Shown here piece after piece: positions 45,027-52,988 of a stretch of DNA of 57,753 bases; position 1 is the first letter of the stretch, and each line of letters begins with the position of its first letter. The position numbers and the translations under genes are program-made. The stretch comes from a virus (taxonomy: Duplodnaviria > Caudoviricetes), in IMG/VR virus record IMGVR_UViG_3300037156_000089, positions 1 through 57,753 of that record, one strand, 5' to 3'. The notes under the pieces are model-generated. The model made no database searches. It saw only the letters and a program-made list of their open reading frames with translations, and was not told where the DNA came from.

Positions 45027-47659
45027 TGCAAGACGACACCCAGCCTTCCGTCGCGATCAGCCCGGCTGACCGAGACATCGCGATCCGGACCATGATCGGC
45101 GAAGAAAGTACGCCCCATGGGCAGGCTGGGGTTGCCTCGACCATGCTCAATCGCGCGACGAGCGGGAAATACGGCGGCAAGTCACTGTCTGACGTGGCGT
45201 TCGCGCCCGGGCAGTTCGAGCCTTGGTCCTCTCGCGCCGCGGATCTGCTCAAGATCAGCCCGGACGATCCGAAATATCAGCGCGCGGGCGCGATCCTCGA
45301 CGGCGTTTCGTCGGGCGAGATCCCCGATTTTACCGGCGGCTCAACCCATTTCTATTCCCCCGGGTCGCAGGCTGCTTTGGGTCGGAATGCTCCCAATTGG
45401 GCGAGCGGGCAGGGCACGCCATTGGGGAAGACGATGTTCTACGCCCCAGAGGGTCCTGTGAGCTATAAACCGGCGGCAAAGGCGATTGCGGCGGCGACCA
45501 CGGCACCGGTGGCAGACCCGTACGCCGGACTGATCGCGCAATATACGCAGCCGACTGCTCAGGCTGATCCGTATGCTGATCTGATCAAGCAATACACCGG
45601 TGCGCCGGAAGCATCCGGCGCTGGACCGTCGGCAGCGCCGACCGCGGCCGCAGCATCAGCCGCCGTAGACCCGTACGGCGACCTAATTCGGCAGTACACC
45701 GGCACACCGGATGCCGCGCCAGCCGCGCCCACCGCTCCCGCGACGCCCATCGGCGTCAACGATTCCGTGCGCGCCATTGCGCGAGGCGTGCCGATCATCG
45801 GCGGCGCCCTAAATAAGATCGATGCGGCGACAAACGCAGCTCTCGCGCCTATCGCAAACCGGTTCTTCGATCCGCAGGACCAGTTGAAAGGCGAAACCTT
45901 TGGCGAACGCTACGCAAATTCGCTCGAGCAACAGAACCAGGGGGACAAAGCATTCGGCGAACAGCACCAGATAGCTGACAACGTGCTTGGCGCGGTCGGC
46001 GCTGTCGGCGGGACTGTACCGATGATGATGGCAGCCCCCGGCGCCTTTGGCGTTGGCTCAGGCAACCTGCTTGCGCGCTCTGTCGCCAGTGCGGCCTCCG
46101 GGGGCGTTATCGGCGGGGCTGACGCAGGTGTTCGCTCCGGCGGTGATCTGGATGCGGTGAAGAGCGGCGCTGAGGTAGGGCTGGCGTTTGGCGGCATTGC
46201 TCCTGCAATTGGATCGGCCGTCGGCGCGGGCATCAACAAGCTCACAAACTTCGCTACCCGCACCACGCCCGCTGCGCGCAATGTCGCCGGTGTCCTATCC
46301 GATATCGGCATGACGCCGCAGCAGGCGGATAACGCCCTCTCTCGGATTGGTCCGCAGGCGGTTTTAGCTGATATCGATCCGGCTTTGACCACAGAGGCCG
46401 GAGGCCTCGCGTCTCTCGGCGGAGCGCCTACGTCGGTCCTCAAGAAAGCTATGGCTGCGCGCGGGGCGGGAGCAGACAACCGAGTGGCGCAGGCGGTCGA
46501 TCAATCGCTCGGCCCGAAGCCAGACCTCACAGCAGCCGTGGAAGCCATCGAAAAGGACGCCGCGACTCGCGCTGGGCCGCATTATAACGCTGGCCGGAAC
46601 GGTGCGCCCATGGACGTAACCGGCGTGCTCGCCGACATCGACTCGCGGCTACCGAATGCCACGGGCGGGGCTGAGAGCGTCCTGAACAAGATCAAGGGCT
46701 TCCTGACGGACAAGGTCGCCAGTGGGGCCAATCCGACCGGCCTCGACGTCCCCAAGAGCGACCCCGGCGCGATCCATGCCGCCCGGCAGGCGCTTGACGA
46801 CATGATTGAAAAAATGCCGCTCGATACGTCCGCCGGCAAGAACGCATATCGGGTGGCGAATGATCTTCGTAACAAACTAGATACGGTCGTGAAGGGAAAT
46901 CCGGACTTCGCGGCGGGCGACGCCATCTATGCGCAATCGATGGGGATTCGAGATGCGATGCAGGAAGGCGTTGACGCATTCAAAAAGGCTGTCCGCCCCG
47001 AGGATATGGCGCGCACGATTGCATCAATGAGCCCAGAGCAGGCTGCAGCCTACCGTCAAGGGGCGCGCGTTACGATCGGCGACACGATGGAGGGCGCCCA
47101 GCGCGGTGAGCACGCTGGCGCGCAAAGCATGTTTGGGCGGGGCTCTGCGAACAGGGCGAAGCTCGACACGCTCTTCCCGAAAGCCGGCGATGTTTTCGAC
47201 ATGCTGCACGGCGAGGCGTCTATGCGCACGACGGAGCAGCGCGTGGCCCTCAATTCCGCGACCGCAGAGCGTCAGGCCGTCCAGCAAAAATATTCGCCCT
47301 CGTCAGAGCAAGGCATGAGTGCGGCTGTCCCGGTGCTGGGTCAGGCTATGGGCGGCGGGTATGGTGCAGCGGCGGCCACCGGCGGTCGGATGTTATATGG
47401 TGCCCTGCATGATGCCTTTACGACAGCGGCTCGGAACAAGCTGACCGAGGGAACGGCGCGCGGTCTGGCGGCATCGGGGCCGGAACAACGTGCGTTCATG
47501 GCCCAAATCGGCAGGGCAGCAAACTCGCAGCGGGTATCGAACGCGCTTACGGGCGGGGTCTCATCGGCCGCGAATGCCCTCACGAGATCAGGGGCTCAGG
47601 AATATAATAATCAGGTCATCCCGACGCTGACCGTCAACCGCCTATCGGGGGCTCAATAA
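45026..47659 (+). CDS. Large ejection protein (gp16 position) with N-terminal SleB/Hydrolase_2 cell-wall hydrolase
   Basis: IRTMIGEE..GQAGVA..LNR..QFEPW..DFTGGSTHFY; three DPYxxLIxQYT repeats. Confidence 0.8.
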   Translation: MQDDTQPSVAISPADRDIAIRTMIGEESTPHGQAGVASTMLNRATSGKYGGKSLSDVAFAPGQFEPWSSRAADLLKISPDDPKYQRAGAILDGVSSGEIPDFTGGSTHFYSPGSQAALGRNAPNWASGQGTPLGKTMFYAPEGPVSYKPAAKAIAAATTAPVADPYAGLIAQYTQPTAQADPYADLIKQYTGAPEASGAGPSAAPTAAAASAAVDPYGDLIRQYTGTPDAAPAAPTAPATPIGVNDSVRAIARGVPIIGGALNKIDAATNAALAPIANRFFDPQDQLKGETFGERYANSLEQQNQGDKAFGEQHQIADNVLGAVGAVGGTVPMMMAAPGAFGVGSGNLLARSVASAASGGVIGGADAGVRSGGDLDAVKSGAEVGLAFGGIAPAIGSAVGAGINKLTNFATRTTPAARNVAGVLSDIGMTPQQADNALSRIGPQAVLADIDPALTTEAGGLASLGGAPTSVLKKAMAARGAGADNRVAQAVDQSLGPKPDLTAAVEAIEKDAATRAGPHYNAGRNGAPMDVTGVLADIDSRLPNATGGAESVLNKIKGFLTDKVASGANPTGLDVPKSDPGAIHAARQALDDMIEKMPLDTSAGKNAYRVANDLRNKLDTVVKGNPDFAAGDAIYAQSMGIRDAMQEGVDAFKKAVRPEDMARTIASMSPEQAAAYRQGARVTIGDTMEGAQRGEHAGAQSMFGRGSANRAKLDTLFPKAGDVFDMLHGEASMRTTEQRVALNSATAERQAVQQKYSPSSEQGMSAAVPVLGQAMGGGYGAAAATGGRMLYGALHDAFTTAARNKLTEGTARGLAASGPEQRAFMAQIGRAANSQRVSNALTGGVSSAANALTRSGAQEYNNQVIPTLTVNRLSGAQ

Positions 47660-47829
47660 CCGGATCTTTCCGCTTTCTGGCCAGCCCACAATACCAGAAG
47701 TGTCAACACGACGCCGAGGGCGAACCCATCGCCGAATTGGCTGCTAATCCCAGTAACGAGGTACCGGACACAATAATAGACCCCGACCATAACAACTGTG
47801 CCGAGCGTGTAGGTGATAAGCTTTCTCAT
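47653..47829 (-). CDS. 58-aa two-TM membrane protein (not in ORF track), possible superinfection exclusion
   Basis: MRKLITYTLGTVVMVGVYYCVRYLVTGISSQFGDGFALGVVLTLLVLWAG; convergent with the ejection gene. Confidence 0.5.
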   Translation of the reverse strand: MRKLITYTLGTVVMVGVYYCVRYLVTGISSQFGDGFALGVVLTLLVLWAGQKAERSGY

Positions 47830-47912
47830 ATTCTCGGCACTTTCTTCGGACTAATCAGGGTATGGTTAAGCGGAGAAATCGGTTTTGTTGGAGCGGTCAC
47901 TTGGTCTCCTGC

Positions 47913-48374
47913 TCATTTCTCTGAAGATGTGCATTTCCCTGTATTTAAATCCATTCCGTACTGCCCGAGATTTGTAGTCCAGATTTTTTTATAATCTCCA
48001 CTTAGCTTATTTATTATGATAGTAATTGTGTAAATAGCATTATTACCGTCGTCATTTAACGATGCTTTTTCAGCATGCGCTATGGTCGCAAATTTATTGT
48101 TGGTGGTAATTTTGTATGTGGCTGGATAAAATGGGGTTCCTAAGTACTTATGAACTAAGTCAAGTACAGGCTCCTTCTGTCCAGGAACTGGATCTGCCGC
48201 GCCTTTGGCCTCATCTTTAAGGAATGCGCCATCAACAAGGTACTGATCGATTGTTATGTCGTTGGTCGGCTGACCGGAGGAGTGAGCGCAATACCAGCGC
48301 GTGCTTTCAAGGCCTAGCGCGGGCGACCCAGCCAGCAACCCGCACGCCATCACAACCACTGCAATTTTCTTCAT
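47913..48374 (-). CDS. Exported low-GC moron protein
   Basis: GGAGG RBS; MKKIAVVVMACGLLAGSPALG signal; terminal Cys pair; AT-rich. Confidence 0.7.
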   Translation of the reverse strand: MKKIAVVVMACGLLAGSPALGLESTRWYCAHSSGQPTNDITIDQYLVDGAFLKDEAKGAADPVPGQKEPVLDLVHKYLGTPFYPATYKITTNNKFATIAHAEKASLNDDGNNAIYTITIIINKLSGDYKKIWTTNLGQYGMDLNTGKCTSSEK

Positions 48375-48439
48375 TCCCGCCTCCCCAGACTTTAGGGGAG
48401 GGAGCATAGCTGAACTTAACTGAGAGAGGATAGCCCCGC

Positions 48440-48730
48440 ATGGAACAGGGAAAAAAGCCCAGAACGTCAAAAAGCGTGGTGCCTTACGTCCTCACCCTCA
48501 TCGAATGGGTTGATGCGAGTCGTCTGAGCGACGGCTGGATGGACTTAAGCAGCATCCCCGATCCGTATGCGCACAAGTGCGTTACGGTCGGGTTTGTCGT
48601 CGCTGAGAACGATTTTGCGAAGGTATTGGTCCCGACCATCGGGGACACAGAGCACACCGGCAATAGTCATACGTACGGAGGAATGATGATTCCCCGGTCC
48701 GCGATCATTCAAGAGAGGGTTCTTCGCTAG
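48440..48730 (+). CDS. Small conserved phage protein (VxWxDA..GF..IP family)
   Basis: LIEWVDAS..GW..CVTVGFV..IPRSAI; GAGG RBS. Confidence 0.65.
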   Translation: MEQGKKPRTSKSVVPYVLTLIEWVDASRLSDGWMDLSSIPDPYAHKCVTVGFVVAENDFAKVLVPTIGDTEHTGNSHTYGGMMIPRSAIIQERVLR

Positions 48731-48736
48731 AGGCGC

Positions 48737-48898
48737 TTACCTCTTTTTCGACTTACCCTTGTCGGCCACCCCTTGCCGGGCTGCTACTGAGGCGTCTGCC
48801 ATTGTCCGTCCACCGGATGAATGGCCTCCGCGAAGCTCTTTGCTTCCGTCAGTGGTCTCTTTCTTGGTCGGAGGCTTGATTATCTCTTTCTTGGCCAT
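48737..48898 (-). CDS. Small basic hypothetical protein
   Basis: MAKKEIIKPP..ASKELRGGH-like; GAGG upstream. Confidence 0.4.
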   Translation of the reverse strand: MAKKEIIKPPTKKETTDGSKELRGGHSSGGRTMADASVAARQGVADKGKSKKR

Positions 48899-49000
48899 TT
48901 CCGCGATCCTCAGGGCAGAGCCAGAATCAGCTCTGCGTTGATGATACATGGTTGTTTCGGAAAGCAAGCGACGTGGGCGGGAGTCGAATCTGGGTCCGGG

Positions 49001-49186
49001 TCAGCCCTTCAGTGCTTTCTCAAGAATGCGCCGAATGGCTTCTGAGCGTGAAGGTTTTGGATCGGGCTGTGCTGAAATCCAAGCGTCGAGTCGATCCAAG
49101 AGACGTCGATGAATGCGCGCACGAACCTCCTCGGTGTCTACCGGGGGGCGGCCTCGTGTCGATTTCTTGCGCGCATCAATTGACAT
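49001..49186 (-). CDS. RHH DNA-binding protein, paralogue of 296-484
   Basis: RGRPPVDTEEVRARIHRRLLDRLDAWISAQPDPKPSRSEAIRRILE. Confidence 0.8.
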   Translation of the reverse strand: MSIDARKKSTRGRPPVDTEEVRARIHRRLLDRLDAWISAQPDPKPSRSEAIRRILEKALKG

Positions 49187-49211
49187 GGCGATTTTATACG
49201 CGCATAAAAGA

Positions 49212-49277
49212 CGGGCCGCAAGCGATTTGCGAGATCGCAGGCGGCCCTGACCACCGAACGCTTAACAGGAGCGCCCC
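49212..49277 (+). promoter_or_regulatory. Structured leader, copy 2 of 3
   Basis: Near-identical to 510-577. Confidence 0.7.
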
Positions 49278-49703
49278 ATGGCTAATTCCGCGAATACCAC
49301 GAATCTGTCCCGCCGTCTCATGCTGCTGCGCACGGGCGGGGCGCTTGCCGCCACCGCCGTTCTTCCAGCCGTTGCTCTGGCGACCATGCAGCCCGCATCC
49401 GCACAAGCCGTCATGGCGACGGGCATCGACCCTGTTCTGAAAGCCATCGGTGTATATTGGGACGCGCGCGACGGCATGAACGCCATTGCGGATCCTTATG
49501 ATGACGATGCCATCGATGCAGCCGCCGACCGTCTTATGGAAGCAAGGAGAGGCATTCTCTACGCGCTTCCGACAACTCAGGCCGGAGCCGTCCAGTTGGC
49601 GCGCTTCACGGCGAACGAAGCCAGTAAGGAAGACCGAGATCTGGGCATAGCGATCGATACGATCTGCGCTTTTCTCGTCAACACCGTTGGGACGAGTGTC
49701 TGA
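49278..49703 (+). CDS. Hypothetical protein with twin-arginine-like N-terminus
   Basis: MANS..LSRRLMLLRTGGALAATAVLPAVALA; IDPVLKAI; PTTQAG. Confidence 0.7.
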   Translation: MANSANTTNLSRRLMLLRTGGALAATAVLPAVALATMQPASAQAVMATGIDPVLKAIGVYWDARDGMNAIADPYDDDAIDAAADRLMEARRGILYALPTTQAGAVQLARFTANEASKEDRDLGIAIDTICAFLVNTVGTSV

Positions 49704-49936
49704 TCTCACCTTTTCACGAATTCCCCGCTGCCATGGGGATGAGCGCGCCAAGCTCCCGCTTGTAAAGCCGGGCAACACCTAGCAACGCTGTATTTCTGAA
49801 TTCAGTTTCGCGCTTCGGCGCGGAGGCTCGTGCTTCTACCACGAGCGGACGGGGGAGCCTGAGCTTGCAGGCAGTAGAGCTCCCCCGTCCTTCATCCACG
49901 GCCGCGTAGAAGACGGCCATGGACTAGGTCAAGCAG

Positions 49937-50650
49937 ATGACCAATAATGATCTTTCTACAGTCCCCCTCACCATGTCGAGTCTGGAAATCGCGGGCTTAG
50001 CGGTGAAGCGGCATGACCATGTCATCCGCGACATAAAGAAAATGCTCTCTGATCTAGAAATCACTTCTCCCCAAATTTGGGGGAAAGTAGCTTCTGACGG
50101 CGGGCGCCCACTAGATGTGGCGTATCTCTCAAAGAGAGAGACCTTGATCCTCGTCTCCGGCTATTCGACCGAGCTTCGAGCCCGGATCATCGATCGCTGG
50201 ATGCAGCTCGAGGCCGCGGTCGCTGGGGATGGAGACGGCATTATTACGAAGCTGGACCGCTCCGTGATGAACGACCTCGGCGGCATGATCAAAGGCATCC
50301 TTCACAAGCAGCTTGCCAACGTCGTTCCCGACATGGTGGAAGCTGAGATCGCGAAGCGGCAGTTCGCAGTCGTGCACGCTGTCACTGCTGGCGAGGTCAT
50401 TGTTATGGCCGGTATCGAGAACCGGAAGGGTTTGAAAGGCTTGGCGAGCGTCATTTCCAAGCACTTGCAGCGGTTCCATGCCGCGCACGCAGTGGCTGTG
50501 AAAATTGCTACTCTCGGCACGCGCTCGGCATATGCCTTCGACCCGGCACTCTGTCGGCAGTGGCTCGCAGAGCAGGGCAAGGATCTGATCTTAAAGCGCA
50601 TCGCAGAGCGTCGTGGGCAGGGCGTACTGAAGCTCGTTCCGCCGAAGTAG
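49937..50650 (+). CDS. rha: Rha-family regulator / antirepressor
   Basis: TMSSLEIAGLAVKRHDHVIRDIKKML; LSKRETLILVSGYSTELRARIIDRWMQLE. Confidence 0.88.
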   Translation: MTNNDLSTVPLTMSSLEIAGLAVKRHDHVIRDIKKMLSDLEITSPQIWGKVASDGGRPLDVAYLSKRETLILVSGYSTELRARIIDRWMQLEAAVAGDGDGIITKLDRSVMNDLGGMIKGILHKQLANVVPDMVEAEIAKRQFAVVHAVTAGEVIVMAGIENRKGLKGLASVISKHLQRFHAAHAVAVKIATLGTRSAYAFDPALCRQWLAEQGKDLILKRIAERRGQGVLKLVPPK

Positions 50651-50694
50651 AGCCCGATTCAAAGCCGGTCGGTCGCACATCGACACGCAACATC

Positions 50695-50720
50695 AGGGCG
50701 TCCTTCGGGGCGCCCTTTTC
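50695..50720 (+). terminator. Rho-independent terminator
   Basis: AGGGCGTCC-TTCG-GGGCGCCCT-TTTC. Confidence 0.75.
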
Positions 50721-50733
50721 TTATGGAGCCCAC

Positions 50734-52272
50734 ATGACCACGAACCGCGTTCTAAGCCTGTTCCTGGCGCTTTGCTTCAGCGGCATGGCCCACGCAGCCA
50801 CGCTCCTCCCGCCCGGAGAGATCACGTTCCTTGACAACAATGGCCTGCCGTTGGCCGGTGGCCTAGCTTATTTCTACGTCCCCAACACTTTGACGCCGAA
50901 AAACACCTATAGGGACGGTGCCCAAACGACCCTTAATCAAAACCCCGTGCTGCTGGACGGTTCCGGCCGGGCGATCATTTACGGGGCCGGCACCTATCGC
51001 CAGATCCTGAAGGACTCGACCGGGAACCTCGTTTGGGATCAGACGACAGCAGACACGTCGAGCAACAACTTCTCTTGGGCCGGAATAACTGGCGGGTCCG
51101 CCAATGCCCAGACTGTCACGGCGCCGAACTTCACCATCGGCGATGGCCAGACGATCGGCTTTGTCGCCGGCCTGACGAATACGGGGGCGACGACCCTTAG
51201 CGTCAACGGCGGCACTCCGATCAATCTTGCGAAAGCGACCGCATCCGGCCCGATCAGCCTCAACGGCGGCGAAATCATCCTCGGCAACCAATACGAGGTC
51301 ACATACAGCGCCTCAGCCGGAAACCTTCAGCTCGTATCATTCCCGACCCCGCCGGGCATCGGGCAATCCAGCACGATCGCTTCTGCCTCCACGACCGATC
51401 TCGGCACGATCACATCCCATCTTGCCAACATCAGCGGATCGACGCCGATCACATCATTCGGCGCTTCGGCAAGCACGTCCTCCCCGTTTTATGTCGTGAC
51501 GTTTAGTGGTGCCCTTTCTGTCACCTACAACGCATCGAGCATGATCCTGCCCGGCGGCGGGAACATCACGACTGCATCCGGTGATAGCCTATTCGCTCAA
51601 TATCTTGGTTCTGGAAACTGGCGCGTTCTTTCCTATATGCCCGCGGCCTATCTTAGTGGGTATCCCGGTGAATTGCGGCCCTTCGCGGTGAATGCGTGCC
51701 CGGCGGGCTGGCTCAACGCGGACGGAACGCTCCGGTCTCGCAGCACCTATCCGACGCTGTATGCGGCTCTGGGGACAACCTGGGGCGCTGGGGATAGCTC
51801 CACGACGTTCGGCACGCCCGACACCCGAGGCCAGTTCATGCGCGGATGGGACAACGGGGCAGGGCTCGACGTGACCGTCATATCCGGCGTGACGACGAGC
51901 GGGAGCAATAGCGTCACGGGCCTGACGAGCACCGCAACATTCTACGTCGGGATGCCGATCAGCGGCGCGGGCATTCCGAGCGGGGCGACCCTCTCTTCGA
52001 TCGCGTCCTCAACCTCGGTGACTCTCTCGAGCAACGCGACAGCGAGCGCTACCGTCCCCCTGACATTCACAGGGCGAGCCTTCGCCAGCGCAGAAGATGA
52101 CGACCTCAAGGCGCACTCGCACGGCGGCATTCCCAACGGTTCGCTTGGCGTCAATACCAGTTCTTCCGGGTCTGCCGTTCCGGCGGGAACATCAGGCGGG
52201 ACCACGGCATCGACCGGCGGCGCTGAGACCCGCCCGAAGAACCTCGCGGTCCTCTACTGCCTGAAGACCTGA
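50734..52272 (+). CDS. Tail fibre: signal peptide + head-binding domain + tail-collar domain
   Basis: GGAG RBS; FLDNNGLPLAGG..TP..NPVLLDGSGRA; CPAGWLNADG..SRSTYPTLYAALGTTWG..PDTRGQFMRGWD; ETRPKNLAVLYCLK. Confidence 0.9.
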   Translation: MTTNRVLSLFLALCFSGMAHAATLLPPGEITFLDNNGLPLAGGLAYFYVPNTLTPKNTYRDGAQTTLNQNPVLLDGSGRAIIYGAGTYRQILKDSTGNLVWDQTTADTSSNNFSWAGITGGSANAQTVTAPNFTIGDGQTIGFVAGLTNTGATTLSVNGGTPINLAKATASGPISLNGGEIILGNQYEVTYSASAGNLQLVSFPTPPGIGQSSTIASASTTDLGTITSHLANISGSTPITSFGASASTSSPFYVVTFSGALSVTYNASSMILPGGGNITTASGDSLFAQYLGSGNWRVLSYMPAAYLSGYPGELRPFAVNACPAGWLNADGTLRSRSTYPTLYAALGTTWGAGDSSTTFGTPDTRGQFMRGWDNGAGLDVTVISGVTTSGSNSVTGLTSTATFYVGMPISGAGIPSGATLSSIASSTSVTLSSNATASATVPLTFTGRAFASAEDDDLKAHSHGGIPNGSLGVNTSSSGSAVPAGTSGGTTASTGGAETRPKNLAVLYCLKT

Positions 52273-52314
52273 ATCGCCCCTTCTGAATTCCGCCTCTCAA
52301 CAAAAGGCTACATC

Positions 52315-52986
52315 ATGCGCACCTTCCGAGTTTCCTTGATCGCGGCACTCCTTTTCAGCGCGGGGCCGCTGCTCGCCGCTCCGGCTCCCAATACCTCCGG
52401 CTCCATGGGTGTTTGCGATCAGAGCGCCCCGACGACAAACTGCCTCAAGCCGGGCGCAGATGGCTCAATCAACACGATTCCTCAGATCGGCGGCGCCCCG
52501 GTCACGACATCGAACCCTTTGCCTGTCGGAGCAGGGAACACGGTTTCGGTCTGCGTCACGCCGACGGTGACGGCGAGTAATGCCTATGGGACGAACTATG
52601 TCGTGGGCGGGCTGCTCACGTTCTCCAATGCCTTCACGGCGAAGGGCTCCGGACTTCTTCAGGGTGTCGCCGTCACGATCAAGAAGGTCGAGACATCGGG
52701 ATTCACCTTTGTTCCGTTCACATCGAACCCCTCAAATACAACTTGGACGGATGCTGCGGTGGCGGCCATCAATGCGGCAGATGTTGCGGCGGTGCGCGGC
52801 CCCGTTACGCTCACCAACTATTCCGGGCTTGGGACGCATACGGTCGCCTCTGCGGCGGCTATCGCTGAGGCGCTCGCGCCGGGAGCGACGCTTTACGGCG
52901 TGTTGATCGCGAATGGGGCTCTGACCAACAACTTCGGGTCGACGTCCGACGTTCAGGTCTGCGTTAAAACCCTGCAGGACCAGTGA
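52315..52986 (+). CDS. Signal-peptide beta-rich protein in the fibre cluster
   Basis: MRTFRVSLIAALLFSAGPLLA; VTTSNPLPV; AY..VVGGLLTF; TLYGVL; four Cys. Confidence 0.8.
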   Translation: MRTFRVSLIAALLFSAGPLLAAPAPNTSGSMGVCDQSAPTTNCLKPGADGSINTIPQIGGAPVTTSNPLPVGAGNTVSVCVTPTVTASNAYGTNYVVGGLLTFSNAFTAKGSGLLQGVAVTIKKVETSGFTFVPFTSNPSNTTWTDAAVAAINAADVAAVRGPVTLTNYSGLGTHTVASAAAIAEALAPGATLYGVLIANGALTNNFGSTSDVQVCVKTLQDQ

Positions 52987-52988
52987 TC

